Positions 30,767-42,233 of a stretch of DNA of 64,000 nucleotides are shown one piece after another. Under the pieces are notes generated by a model that saw nothing but the letters and a program-made list of their open reading frames with translations, searched no databases and was not told the origin of the DNA. Origin of the DNA: Polyangiales bacterium (GTDB lineage: Bacteria; Myxococcota_A; Polyangia; Polyangiales; JADJQN01); contig CAXNJO010000004.1 in assembly GCA_964202905.1 (NCBI GenBank), positions 1 through 64,000 of the forward strand, in the 5' to 3' direction. The position numbers and the translations under genes were made by a program. Position 1 is the stretch's first letter. The number at the start of each line of letters is the position of its first letter.

Positions 30767-32398
30767 TCAGGGGGGCGTCGGGCTGAGCGTGCGGCACGCC
30801 GCGGTCTCGCGCGCGCGCTCGGACTCGGAGTCCGTCGCGCGGGCGAGATCGCAGTGCGGCGACGGGTCGAAGGGGTTGAGGTTCAGCGCCTCGCGGAGTG
30901 ACGCGCGCGCGGCCGGGAGCTCGTCGAGCGCGAGCCGCGCGGCGCCGAGCACCGCGTGCGTCGGCGCGTGTTCCGGGTAGCGCTCGGCCATCGTCGCGAG
31001 CACGTCCGCGGCGCGTCGCGCGTCGCCCCCGGCGAGGGCCGCGCGCGCGAGCCGCGAGGCGATGATCGGGTCGTCGCCCGCGCTCTCCCGGGCCTTCGCG
31101 TACTCCGCGGCCGCGGCGCGTGGGCGCTGCCGCTCCCAGAGCAGATCCCCGAGGCGGACGTGCCGCCGCGCGGTCTCCGTCGCGACGTCGGCGGACTCGT
31201 CCGCCGCGCTCTCACCACGCCGGAAGCGCAGCGCGAGCAGGCTCGGGGCGCGCTCTGGCGGCGTCGGGCGCGCGCGCACATCCGTCTTCCAGTCGGCCTC
31301 GAGCGCCTCGAACGGGCGCCCCGCTGCGGCCGCGAGGGCGGCGCGCGCGTCGGTGCCCGCGGCCACGCGCGCGATGCCGTCGCGGAGCTTCGCCTCGCCG
31401 TGGCGTCGCACGAACGACTCGATGAACGTGGCGACCTGCGCGAACGCGAGCGCCGCCTGCTCCTGTGACGGGAGGCGGGCGATCGACGGGTGGAGGCGCT
31501 CGAAGGGCAGCAGCGTCCCCGCGCGCGCGGCCTTCGCGAGCAGCGCGGCCGACGCGGGGTCGAGCATCAGGCTGCTCGCCGCGTTGCCGCGCCAGCGCGT
31601 CTCGAGGTAACGCGCGATGCCCTCCTGCAGCCACACTGGGGCCTCGTCGCGCGAGGCCCGAGCGAGCAGCAGATGCACGTACTCGTGGCCGATCGTGTTC
31701 ATCCACGGGTAGCCGCGCACGAGCGCCCGCGGCGTCGTGATCATCAGCCGATCCCACTTGCAGATCGCGACGGTGCCCGTGCGCTCGATCTCCGCCACCG
31801 TGAGCGACGTGACCTGCGCGAGCGCGGCGGGCGTCGGGTAGATCTCGAGGCGCACCGGGCCCGGTACGCGCGCGCCGAGCACCGCCGAGAGCACCCGATC
31901 GGCCCCCGCGAGCGCCTCGAACGCGTAGGGCACGAGGAGGGCGTCCGGGCCCGGCGCGTGCCGCACGACGAAGCGTCCGTCGCGTGAGCGCGTCTCGACG
32001 AACGAGGCCGTCGCGTCGCGCGTCGACACGAGGATCGCGCGCAGCGCGCGCCGCTCCGCGAGGTCCGGCGCGTCCGGGCCGCGCACGATGGCCGCGTCGA
32101 TGGCCTCCACCGCGGTCGCGTACTCGCCGCGGTGCAGGCGCAACACGGCGAGCTCGAAGAGCACGTCCGCGTCCTCCGCATGACGCGCAGCGAGCGGTCC
32201 GAGCAGCCGCGCGGCCTCCTCGACCTGCAGCGCACCGAGCGCGCTCGCGGCCCGCAGCAGCACGCGTCCGTCCTCGCCCGGGGGCAGCGCGCGCGCCGAC
32301 TTCGCGGGGCCCGCGAGCAGGGCGACGGCGCACACCGCCGCGAGCCCGGCGACCCCAGGCGTGACGCGGCGCGAGACACGAGACTTGGCGCACGTCAT
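30767..32398 (-). CDS. Exported TPR protein with zinc-metallopeptidase (peptidase MA-like) domain
   Basis: Signal peptide, TPR-like repeats at both ends, HEYVH zinc motif followed by PVWLQEGIARY; ATGA overlap with the upstream gene. Confidence 0.8.
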   Translation of the reverse strand: MTCAKSRVSRRVTPGVAGLAAVCAVALLAGPAKSARALPPGEDGRVLLRAASALGALQVEEAARLLGPLAARHAEDADVLFELAVLRLHRGEYATAVEAIDAAIVRGPDAPDLAERRALRAILVSTRDATASFVETRSRDGRFVVRHAPGPDALLVPYAFEALAGADRVLSAVLGARVPGPVRLEIYPTPAALAQVTSLTVAEIERTGTVAICKWDRLMITTPRALVRGYPWMNTIGHEYVHLLLARASRDEAPVWLQEGIARYLETRWRGNAASSLMLDPASAALLAKAARAGTLLPFERLHPSIARLPSQEQAALAFAQVATFIESFVRRHGEAKLRDGIARVAAGTDARAALAAAAGRPFEALEADWKTDVRARPTPPERAPSLLALRFRRGESAADESADVATETARRHVRLGDLLWERQRPRAAAAEYAKARESAGDDPIIASRLARAALAGGDARRAADVLATMAERYPEHAPTHAVLGAARLALDELPAARASLREALNLNPFDPSPHCDLARATDSESERARETAACRTLSPTPP

Positions 32399-35300
32399 CG
32401 CAGGATGGCCTCGTAGTAGCGGCGCACCGCGTCCTCCCAGCCCGTCGGGGCGTCGTCGCCCATCGCGTCCAGCACGCGGCGGCGACGCTCCGCGGGCCCC
32501 ACGAAGTCGGTGCCGTCCGGGATGCGCACCGCGTCGCGCGCCCAACTCTCGTCGCCGTTCGTGCCGCCGCCCGGCGTCCCGCCGCTGCCCGCCTCTTCGC
32601 CCGCGCCGCCGCCACCCGCGCGGCTCCGTCGCGAGCGCTGCTCCTGCACGTTCTCGAGCAATTGCTCGAGGTGGCGGAGCGCCTCGTCCTGACCGCTCGA
32701 CGCGCGCACGGGGTCCGCGTCCGAGAGCATCTCGACCGCGTCCCACATGGCGCGCGCCGCCGACCGGAGCGCGTCGGCGGCCTCGGCCGAGAGCGGCGCC
32801 CCACTCGGTCCGACCGCGAAGCGCTGCGCGAGCGCGTCCGTCCCCTGCCGCAGACGCGTCTGCGGCGGGAGACCATCGCGCATCGCCTGGCGGTCGGCGT
32901 CGTCCGCGAAATCGGCGACGCGCGGCATCGACCCGTCGATGGTCTGCCACAGCCCGTTCATCCGCTCTGCCGCTTGCCGCGCGGCGTCCGCGCGGGCCGT
33001 GGCGCGCGCGTCGGAGCGCCCGGCCATCTGCGCCTCGAGCGAGAGCGTCCCGCGCAGTTGCGCGAGCTGGCTCGTGGCCCGCTCCGCCGCCTGGGTCGCC
33101 TCCGTGATCTCTCCGGCACGGAGCGCGTCCTCGAGGTCGCGCGCGGCCTCCCGCGCGGTGTCGAGCGCCTCCTGCGCGTTGCCCTCGAGCGCCTCCCGCT
33201 CGATGCCCGCGAGCATGCGGCGGACCGCGTGCGCCTCTCTCGTCTGCGCCAAACGGGTTTCGCGCGGAACGGCCGCGGCGGCCTCCGCGGCGCGCGCCGC
33301 CATCCGGCTCCGCGTGGACTGCGTGCCCTCGAGCAGGGAGCGCTGCGCGTCGGTGATCCGCCGGAGCTCCGCGACGGCCTCCTCGACCGCGCGGTCGTCC
33401 TCACTGAACCGCGATTCAGCGAACTCCGACTCGCCCTCGGCGAGCGCGCCTGCCATCCGCTCGATGTCCCGTCCGAGCTCCGCGAGGCGCTGCGCCGCGG
33501 CCTCGAGATCGCCGCGTTCGAGGGCCTCCCGCAGCGAAGCCAGGGCATCCTCCGAGCGCTCGACGGCCGCCGCGTCGCCGTTCGCGAACTCGCCGGGCAC
33601 GTCGGTTCCCATCTGCGCGAGCCGCGCGCTCAGCTCGCGCATGCGCGCCTCCGCCCGCGCGAGCTCGGCGAGGAGCGCGCCGCGCGTGGCCTCGTCCGGT
33701 CGACGCCGCAGCTCCGCGAGCAGCGACGTCATGCGCTGCCGCAGCTGGTGCAGCTCGCGCGCGATCGTCGCGGCGTCCTCGAGGCGCGCGCGGGCGAGCA
33801 GATCGGCGAGCACGAGCGTGTCGCGCTCGATCCAGGCGACGGTGCGCGCGTCATCTGCGCTGCGCTCCGCGTGGGAATGCACCTCGTCGAGGTGGAATGC
33901 CCAGCGCTCGCCGACGGACCCGGCGGTGCGCGCGTGGATGAGCCCCACCGTGGCGGCGTCCGCACGCACGACGCGTGGATCCGCACGCATGGTCGCCGCG
34001 AGCGCTTCGAGGACGTCTGCGACGTCCGCGAAGCGCGGTGCGAGCGCCTCGAAGCGCGTGCGTGACGCCGCCGGGGACTCTGGGACCGGCTGCTCGAGGT
34101 GATCCGCGAGGAGTCCGAGCATCGCGTCGAGCGCCCCGCGCATGGCCTCGAAGGTCGCGGTATGCCGATCCGCGTCGCTCGCGACGGTCAGCGTGCGGTC
34201 GAGCGAACGACCGACGTTCGGGCCCGACACGTCGTCTGCGTCGCGCGCCTCGACGCGGATCACGAGGCGGTCGCCCGGTTGGGCGCCGAGCGCCGAGGCG
34301 ACGATCGTCGCCGTCCCCGAAGCGGTTGGGCCGCGTCGCGCACCCGTGTACGTACCGAGGCGCCTGCGCCCTTCACGGCCTGCGGCATCGACGATGACGA
34401 GGTCGACCTCCGTGATCGCGCCGTCGTCCTTCGCCGTCCAAGCGATCGGCACTTCCGCGTCGGGCTCGATCGTCCGGTCGCTCGCGGGATCGTCGAGCGA
34501 CACGCGCGGCGCCGGGTCGCGGAGCGCGCGCACCGTGCGTGCGCGGGCGTCGTGCAGCCATCGCTCCCCAGATTGAATGGCGAACGCGAGGGGCCCCGAG
34601 GTCCGCACCACGAAGCGCCCGGTGAGCGCGCCGCCACGGGCCGGGCCGAGCGTCGCCGAGCGGCCGCCGACTTCGACGGAACCTGCGCGCGCGGGCACGC
34701 GCGTCTGCACGGTGAGCTCGACCGTCGTGCCGATCGGCGCCTCGAGGTCGGTGAAGTCCGCGACGGACACCGCCGCGCGCCCGAGGTACGCGGGAAATAC
34801 GAGCCGCGCGTCGCAGCGCGCGACGATCGACGCGAGCGGCAGGCGCGCAGCGCCTTCGCGCGACGGGTGCGTGAGGGCCCAGGCGCCCACCCACGCGCCC
34901 GGGTGGAGCAGCCAGACGCCCGCGCACGCGAGCAGCGCGAGCGCGGCGCCGGCGACCGAGGGCGAGCGCAGCGCGCGCCACGGGAGCACGGAGGAGGGTG
35001 GCAGGGCCGCGAGCGCGTGCTCGACGCGGAGCGCGTGCGCGGCGATCAGGTCCGGGGAGATCGACGTGGATTCGGGGTCGTGCGCGAGCTCCGCGGCCGA
35101 GCGCGCGGCGGAGGCGAGGCCCCCTGGGGTCCCGGCGAGCAGCCGCGCGGCGCCAGGGCCAGCGAGCCGCCGCACGCCGCGCAGCGCCCACGCGGTCGCG
35201 CCGAACCCCGCGGCGCCGACACACGTCCAGGCGAGCGCCGCGACCGACCACGAGCTGATCGGTCCGGCGAGGAGTACGGCGCCCGTCAGCGCGAGCGTGG

Positions 35301-35460
35301 TCGCGGCGAGGCCGAGTACGAGCGCGCGTGTCCCCGCCTGCGCCGCTGCGCGCCTCCGGAGACGCGCGAGGTAGCGCTCGACGGGCGTTCGTCGCGATGC
35401 GGCCCATGACGCCCGCGGACCGGGGGCGCGCGGCGCGTCGGCGTGCGAGCGGCGAAACAC
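32395..35460 (-). CDS. DUF4175-like membrane-anchored long coiled-coil protein
   Basis: N-terminal TM helices, Ig-like beta region (PAYLG, AKDDGAI, VEARD), coiled coil, Gly-rich linker, tail APTGWEDAVRRYYEAILR. Confidence 0.75.
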   Translation of the reverse strand: MFRRSHADAPRAPGPRASWAASRRTPVERYLARLRRRAAAQAGTRALVLGLAATTLALTGAVLLAGPISSWSVAALAWTCVGAAGFGATAWALRGVRRLAGPGAARLLAGTPGGLASAARSAAELAHDPESTSISPDLIAAHALRVEHALAALPPSSVLPWRALRSPSVAGAALALLACAGVWLLHPGAWVGAWALTHPSREGAARLPLASIVARCDARLVFPAYLGRAAVSVADFTDLEAPIGTTVELTVQTRVPARAGSVEVGGRSATLGPARGGALTGRFVVRTSGPLAFAIQSGERWLHDARARTVRALRDPAPRVSLDDPASDRTIEPDAEVPIAWTAKDDGAITEVDLVIVDAAGREGRRRLGTYTGARRGPTASGTATIVASALGAQPGDRLVIRVEARDADDVSGPNVGRSLDRTLTVASDADRHTATFEAMRGALDAMLGLLADHLEQPVPESPAASRTRFEALAPRFADVADVLEALAATMRADPRVVRADAATVGLIHARTAGSVGERWAFHLDEVHSHAERSADDARTVAWIERDTLVLADLLARARLEDAATIARELHQLRQRMTSLLAELRRRPDEATRGALLAELARAEARMRELSARLAQMGTDVPGEFANGDAAAVERSEDALASLREALERGDLEAAAQRLAELGRDIERMAGALAEGESEFAESRFSEDDRAVEEAVAELRRITDAQRSLLEGTQSTRSRMAARAAEAAAAVPRETRLAQTREAHAVRRMLAGIEREALEGNAQEALDTAREAARDLEDALRAGEITEATQAAERATSQLAQLRGTLSLEAQMAGRSDARATARADAARQAAERMNGLWQTIDGSMPRVADFADDADRQAMRDGLPPQTRLRQGTDALAQRFAVGPSGAPLSAEAADALRSAARAMWDAVEMLSDADPVRASSGQDEALRHLEQLLENVQEQRSRRSRAGGGGAGEEAGSGGTPGGGTNGDESWARDAVRIPDGTDFVGPAERRRRVLDAMGDDAPTGWEDAVRRYYEAILR

Positions 35461-35525
35461 GCGCCGAGCTTAGCAGCGGCGCGCACGCGGAGACACGGCG
35501 GGCGGCGGGCCGGGGCATGATCGCG

Positions 35526-35555
35526 TTGACCGTGTTCTGCGGCGGCAGCTACATT
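35526..35555 (+). promoter_or_regulatory. Putative sigma70-type promoter
   Basis: TTGACC-18 nt-TACATT upstream of ATG 35603. Confidence 0.5.
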
Positions 35556-35602
35556 GCGCCCACTCCGCGCCCCTTTGCGCGCGCCAGTAAAGGTTCATTC
35601 CC

Positions 35603-38143
35603 ATGCCTCCGTCCGAAGCGACTCGCGGGCTCGACGACCTCGCGCTGTCCGTTTACCTCGACCGTCTGTTCCGCGGTCGTCGCGTGCTCTGGCTCGGTGA
35701 CGCGGCCTCGGGTGGGCCGGACCGCGCGGCCCGCGTCGCTGCGAGCATCCTCGCGGCTGACCCGCACGCCATCGCCGACCGCGTCGAGCGTCACAATCTC
35801 CGCGTCGTCCGCCTCTCGCAGGGCGCCGCGCTCCCCGCCGGGCCGTACGACGTGATCGTCGTCGCGGACCTCGCTGGAATCGGCCTCGCCACCCCGGACC
35901 GTGTCCGTCAACTCGCGGCCGCGCTCGCGCCCGGTGGCGTGCTCGTCGCAGCGTCCGCGAACCCCGACGCAGGCGTGCGGCTCGGCCGCCCCAGCGACGC
36001 GACGCCGCCCGCGTACGAGGCGCTCTACGACCTGCTCGCGCAGCGCTTTCCCGCGGTGCGCATGCTCGGTCAGGCGCCGTTCGTCGGCTACACGGTCGTC
36101 GATTTCTCCACGTCGGGCGAGCCCTCCGTGGTCTTCGACGGGGCGCTTCTCGGCGACGCGAGCGAGGCCCCGGAGCGCTTTGTCGCGCTGTGCGGCGAGA
36201 CAGAGACCGTGCTCGACGGTTATGCCGTCGTCCAACTCCCGGCGCGCGCGGCGCTTGGCGCGGTGGTCGTCGCCCCGCCCACGTCGCCCTCGGAGGAGAC
36301 GGCCCAGCGTGAGCTCGGTGTCGCGCGTGACGAGATCCGCGCGGCTCGGGAGCGCGGCGCGCATCTCTCGCGCGAGCTGGACGACCTGCGCGCGCAGCAG
36401 CGGAGCACGCGTGCAGCGAGTGCCCCGCGCGTCGGAACGCTCGAAGCCGAGTTGCGCGCCGCGCGTGAGCAGATCGACGCCGCCAACGTCCACGCCGAGG
36501 AGCTCGAGACGACGCTCGCGCAGCGGACGGCGGCGCTCGCGGAGCTCGACGGTGAGGTCGAGCGATCGCGCATGGAGCTCGGTTCCGTGCGCGACGAGTC
36601 CGAGACGCGCGTCGCCGCACTCCGCATCGCGCGCGACGAACTCGAGAAGCTCCGTGCGACGCCGGTCGTGCCGCCCGGCGATCATGCCCGGCTCGAGGAA
36701 CTGCTCCGTGAGCGGGGGCGTGAACTCCTCGCGCGCGACGCCGAACTCGCCCGACGCGCCACGCTCTTCCGCGATCTCGTCGAGGAACTCCGCGCCCTGC
36801 GTGAGGGCCGCCTGATCGACGAGACCTCCGCGGCGGCCGATGTCGAGCGGCGCGTGGGCGAGTCGATGCAGCGCGTCACCGCGCTCGAGGCGCAACTGCT
36901 CGGCGTGCGTGCGGAGCGCGAGGCCGCGGTGCAGCGCGCGCTCCGGGCCGAGGCCGAGCGCACCGAGGCCGTGTTTCGCGCGGACGAGACGCTTGGGCGG
37001 CTCGCGGAGGCCACCGAGCGCTCCGAGCGCGTCGACGAGGATCGGGCGCGGCGGGAGGCGGAGCTGTCGGGCTTCGTGCGCGGGCTGCGAGCGCGGGCCG
37101 CGGAACTCGAGGAGTTGCGCGGTCAGGCCGAGGCTCGGTTCGCCATGCAGCGCCTCGATCTCGATGAGTCCGCGCGACGTCTGCTCGACGTCGAGCGCGC
37201 CCGCGAAGAGCTGCGCGATCAACTGGAGCTGCAAATCGTGCGAGCCTCGGGCGTAGGGCAGGCCTCCCCCATGGACGCTGGTCCGGAGGCACTCGACTTG
37301 CTGCGCGCCGAGCGCGACGGCTTGCGCGCGCGCCTCGACGATCGAGAGGCGGCGCTCGCGTCGCGCATCGCCGCCCCTGAACCCGGTCTCGCCGCGCGTC
37401 TCGAGGAGGCCGGCGCCCGCGCGGCCGTGCTGGTCGAGCGCCTCGGCGCCGCCGAGGTCGCCGCGGAAGCCGAGCGCCAGCGCGTCGTCGAGCTATCCGC
37501 CCGCGTCGCGCAGCGCGAAGCTGCGCTCCGTGGTCTCGAGGCGGACGTCGAGGTCCGCGACGTCGAGTTCCGCGCAGCGACGAGCCGCGTCGCTGCGCTC
37601 GAGTCGGAGGCGCGTCGCCTCGGCGCTGCGCTCGGTGAGGCGAGGGCGAGTCTCAGCGCGCTCGGCGCGGGCCTGGAGGCGGGCGCCGGAACCGGATCAC
37701 GCCCCTCGCTCGCGGGCGGGCTTGACGCCACGGGCGAGCCCGCGGAGCCGTCCGAACTTCCCGCGCTCCGCCACCAACTCGATGGTCTGCAGCACGAACT
37801 CCGCGACCGCGAACTACTGCTCCGTTCGCTGACCGCGCAACTCCAGGAGCGCGGCGAGCGTCTCCGCGCGCTCGAGCAGCGCGCCACCGCCGAGCCCACA
37901 GCCATGGCGTCCGTTCCATCCGAGGTGCGCCGTCTCGAAGAGCAACTGCGTGCCCGCGAGGCCGAACTCGCCCTCGTCCAAGGGCGGGTGCGGAGCACGG
38001 ACCGTGAACTCGTCACGGCGCGCGACACCGTCGCGGAGTCCCGCGCGGGCCTCGAAGAACTGCTCGCGTCCGCGACGACGCGCGGCGACGCCGCGGCCGC
38101 CGACCGCATCAGCGGGCTGATCCGCGCCCTCTCGCGCGTCTAG
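35603..38143 (+). CDS. Long coiled-coil protein with degenerate N-terminal SAM-methyltransferase-like domain
   Basis: N-terminus RGRRVLWLG...GPYDVIV...LAPGGVLV resembles class I MTase motifs; about 600 aa of E/R/L/A heptad-rich sequence follows. Confidence 0.7.
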   Translation: MPPSEATRGLDDLALSVYLDRLFRGRRVLWLGDAASGGPDRAARVAASILAADPHAIADRVERHNLRVVRLSQGAALPAGPYDVIVVADLAGIGLATPDRVRQLAAALAPGGVLVAASANPDAGVRLGRPSDATPPAYEALYDLLAQRFPAVRMLGQAPFVGYTVVDFSTSGEPSVVFDGALLGDASEAPERFVALCGETETVLDGYAVVQLPARAALGAVVVAPPTSPSEETAQRELGVARDEIRAARERGAHLSRELDDLRAQQRSTRAASAPRVGTLEAELRAAREQIDAANVHAEELETTLAQRTAALAELDGEVERSRMELGSVRDESETRVAALRIARDELEKLRATPVVPPGDHARLEELLRERGRELLARDAELARRATLFRDLVEELRALREGRLIDETSAAADVERRVGESMQRVTALEAQLLGVRAEREAAVQRALRAEAERTEAVFRADETLGRLAEATERSERVDEDRARREAELSGFVRGLRARAAELEELRGQAEARFAMQRLDLDESARRLLDVERAREELRDQLELQIVRASGVGQASPMDAGPEALDLLRAERDGLRARLDDREAALASRIAAPEPGLAARLEEAGARAAVLVERLGAAEVAAEAERQRVVELSARVAQREAALRGLEADVEVRDVEFRAATSRVAALESEARRLGAALGEARASLSALGAGLEAGAGTGSRPSLAGGLDATGEPAEPSELPALRHQLDGLQHELRDRELLLRSLTAQLQERGERLRALEQRATAEPTAMASVPSEVRRLEEQLRAREAELALVQGRVRSTDRELVTARDTVAESRAGLEELLASATTRGDAAAADRISGLIRALSRV

Positions 38144-38350
38144 CACTCGCACGGGTCGCGACGCCTCCGGGCGGCGCTGCTCGACGCGCGTGGCCGCCGC
38201 CCAGACGGCGCCGACGCAGCGTTCGAGGAGCGGACGGCGCCCGTGGCATCCGCCGCGCGGAAGCCCTCGAAGCGGTCCTCGCGCGGCGGCGAAGCGCGCC
38301 TGCGCGGCGACCGTGGGCGGACCGTGGACTCTTTCGACGGCGGACGCGCG

Positions 38351-38392
38351 AAACACAAACGAGAAGGCCCGCCCAGTTTCCCGGGCGGGCCT
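38351..38392 (-). terminator. Intrinsic terminator downstream of groEL
   Basis: 10-bp stem AGGCCCGCCC (38365-38374) / GGGCGGGCCT (38383-38392) followed on the minus strand by TCTCGTTTGTGTTT. Confidence 0.7.
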
Positions 38393-38478
38393 CGTCTCAT
38401 CGAGTCAATCGTGACGGGGAGACAATCGTATCGGACGTTGGCAGCGCCGCTCGCGCAGCGCCGCCTCGCCCGTGTGGC

Positions 38479-40119
<1,641 letters not shown>

Positions 40120-40148
40120 GTTCGTGTTCTCCTAGTTCCTACGCCGAT

Positions 40149-40439
40149 TCACTTGTCGAAGACCGCGAGGATGTCGTCTTCGCGGAGGATCAGGTGCTCT
40201 TCGCCGTCGACCTTGACTTCGGTGCCGTTGTATTTGCCGAAGAGCACCTTGTCGCCGATCTTGACGTCGAGCTTGCGGACCTCGCCCTTGTCGTTCACGC
40301 GGCCGTTGCCCACCGCGATGACCTTGCCCTCGATGGGCTTCTCCTTGGCGGTGTCCGGGATGATGATGCCGCCCTTCGTCTTCTCCTCTTCCTTGACGCG
40401 GCGGACCAGAACGCGATCGTGCAGCGGACGAATGCCCAT
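40149..40439 (-). CDS. groES: Co-chaperonin GroES
   Basis: [25 protein letters not shown]; start trimmed to ATG 40439. Confidence 0.98.
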   Translation of the reverse strand: MGIRPLHDRVLVRRVKEEEKTKGGIIIPDTAKEKPIEGKVIAVGNGRVNDKGEVRKLDVKIGDKVLFGKYNGTEVKVDGEEHLILREDDILAVFDK

Positions 40440-40515
40440 GACGCTATCTCCCTCGTGAACGCCGGACCGGACCGAGAGGCCAGAGAGCCCCCCGGCCGGG
40501 CGGCAGAGCGGTTTG

Positions 40516-40542
40516 TCAGCACTCGCCAAGGGGGAGTGCTAA
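40516..40542. promoter_or_regulatory. CIRCE element (HrcA operator)
   Basis: TCAGCACTC-N9-GAGTGCTAA, one mismatch to TTAGCACTC-N9-GAGTGCTAA, upstream of groES. Confidence 0.92.
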
Positions 40543-40553
40543 CAACGGGCAGG

Positions 40554-40581
40554 AAGGTAATGCCTGCCTCCCCGGGGTCAA
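40554..40581 (-). promoter_or_regulatory. Putative groESL promoter
   Basis: Minus strand TTGACC-16 nt-TACCTT just upstream of CIRCE. Confidence 0.55.
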
Positions 40582-40832
40582 GGTGTGCGTCCGCGACGGC
40601 GGTGACTTTTCTGTAAACCGCTGGGATGACGGCGTTTTGGGTGACTTTTCTCGGGTCGCGCGGGTCGCGGGAGGGCGCGCTGGCGCTCGCCTGCGGTGGC
40701 TGCCAGCGCAGGGAAGGGCGCCGCGGGGTGGGTCGGGCGCGCGCTGACGCCTTCTTTCGCTCCGGCCCCGCGCGACCGTATAGGAGGAGAAGCCGAACGC
40801 AGCGCGGCAGGCGCCCGCGCAAGGAGCCTCCG

Positions 40833-41432
40833 ATGATCGAACCCCATGCAGACGTGCGCGCGTATTTTCGTGAGCGGCTCGTGGACGCCCTCGAGCGGCA
40901 TCGGCTGCGCGTCGACGCCGGGACGGAGTTCTACCTCGTCAACCTCCTCGCCGGCTTCGCCGTCGCGCCCCCGCTCGACGCGCTCGATCGGCCGCTCGCC
41001 GAGCAGCTCGCGGAGGCGCTCGAGACGAGCGGGCAAGAGCGGCTCCGGCGCTTTCGCGGCCTCGGCGATGCGGCGCTCTACGTGAGCGGCTTCTTCGCGG
41101 ACCACCTCGCGCGCCGCGGCGTCACCCCCGACTACGCGGGCGCGATGGGCGGCCGTGCCTATCGCAGCGCGTCCGCCATCGTTCGGCTCGCGCCGCCGCG
41201 CGAGGCCGCCTTTGCGCCGGTGTACGAGGAGCTCGCGGCACGTTTCCCGATGTATGTCGACGTGCTCGCCGACGTGCGCGAGGCCGCGACGCCGCGCACG
41301 CCGCAGGAGATCGTGCGCCTCTACGAGCGCTGGAAGACGACGCAGTCGCCCGCCGTCGCCGACCGGCTGCGGCGCATCGGCCTCTTCCCCGCGCTCGACG
41401 CGGCGTCGCGCCGCGGGGGGACGCTGCATTGA
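40833..41432 (+). CDS. Hypothetical helical protein
   Basis: AAGGAG RBS before ATG 40833; EFYLVNLL, LGDAALYVSGFF, DYAGAMGGRAY, LYERW. Confidence 0.75.
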   Translation: MIEPHADVRAYFRERLVDALERHRLRVDAGTEFYLVNLLAGFAVAPPLDALDRPLAEQLAEALETSGQERLRRFRGLGDAALYVSGFFADHLARRGVTPDYAGAMGGRAYRSASAIVRLAPPREAAFAPVYEELAARFPMYVDVLADVREAATPRTPQEIVRLYERWKTTQSPAVADRLRRIGLFPALDAASRRGGTLH

Positions 41433-42196
41433 CGCGCGGTCGCGCGACCTCGGCGACGTCGGCCCAACGACGCACATCGCGCCTCCCGAGGATGCGCCTC
41501 CCACGGGGGGCCCGGACGCTCGGGCACATCCAGCGTCGCCTCGAGCGCCTCTACGACGTCGCGCTGGACCATGCGGTGGAGGACTTCGTCGTGGACGAAG
41601 CGGAAGCGCGTGACGCGCTCGGGGCAGCGGCCGTGGCGCGCGGCGAGGTGCTGCTCGTGCGCGAGGATTCGGATGGCGTCGCGGTCGGCCTCTACGTCGA
41701 CGCCGCGGCCGTGCGCGCCATCTCCGGTCGGCGCGGAGACGCATGGAGCGACGAGCGCTTCGAGGCCGTCTGCCTCGCGACCGAGGGCGTGAGTCACTTC
41801 GTCTACCTGCTTTTCCGTGCTGGGAGCGAGGGCGATGTGTCGGTCCTCGAGCTCGAGCTGCAGGCCGAGGTCGACAAGTACGCGACGGCGCTGCTCGCCG
41901 GGCTCGGCGTCGGCGTCATCGCCTCGCGGGAGGCCGCGCACGCGCCCGGCGCCCTGCTCGCGCGGAGCCGCGCGCTGCGACGCCGGCTCTTCGACGACGC
42001 CGAACTCCGTGATCCGCCAGGCACGGAGGAGGGCGATCGCTACCGCGCGGCCATCGGCTTCGCGGCGCGCTTCGTCGCGCATCTCGAGCGCGCCTACGTC
42101 GCGAAGGGCGATCTCGCGTCGCTTTCGACGGCGCTGCGTCGCTTCTACCGCCTCGGCGGGCAGGCCAAGATCGCCGCGAGCGGCCGAGGCTTGTAG
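41429..42196 (+). CDS. Hypothetical protein, possible degenerate zincin-like fold
   Basis: Overlaps the upstream stop (TTGA; alternative ATG 41492); CLATEGVSHFVYL and VLELELQAEVDKY motifs. Confidence 0.7.
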   Translation: MTRGRATSATSAQRRTSRLPRMRLPRGARTLGHIQRRLERLYDVALDHAVEDFVVDEAEARDALGAAAVARGEVLLVREDSDGVAVGLYVDAAAVRAISGRRGDAWSDERFEAVCLATEGVSHFVYLLFRAGSEGDVSVLELELQAEVDKYATALLAGLGVGVIASREAAHAPGALLARSRALRRRLFDDAELRDPPGTEEGDRYRAAIGFAARFVAHLERAYVAKGDLASLSTALRRFYRLGGQAKIAASGRGL

Positions 42197-42233
42197 CCGG
42201 GCCGCTCGCAGGGTGAACAGGGGTTTGCCGCGC

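Noticed and set aside
38144..38478. Small gene or ncRNA between the coiled-coil gene and groEL
   Set aside because: ORFs here are low-complexity without RBS or motifs; only the terminator hairpin is supportable.
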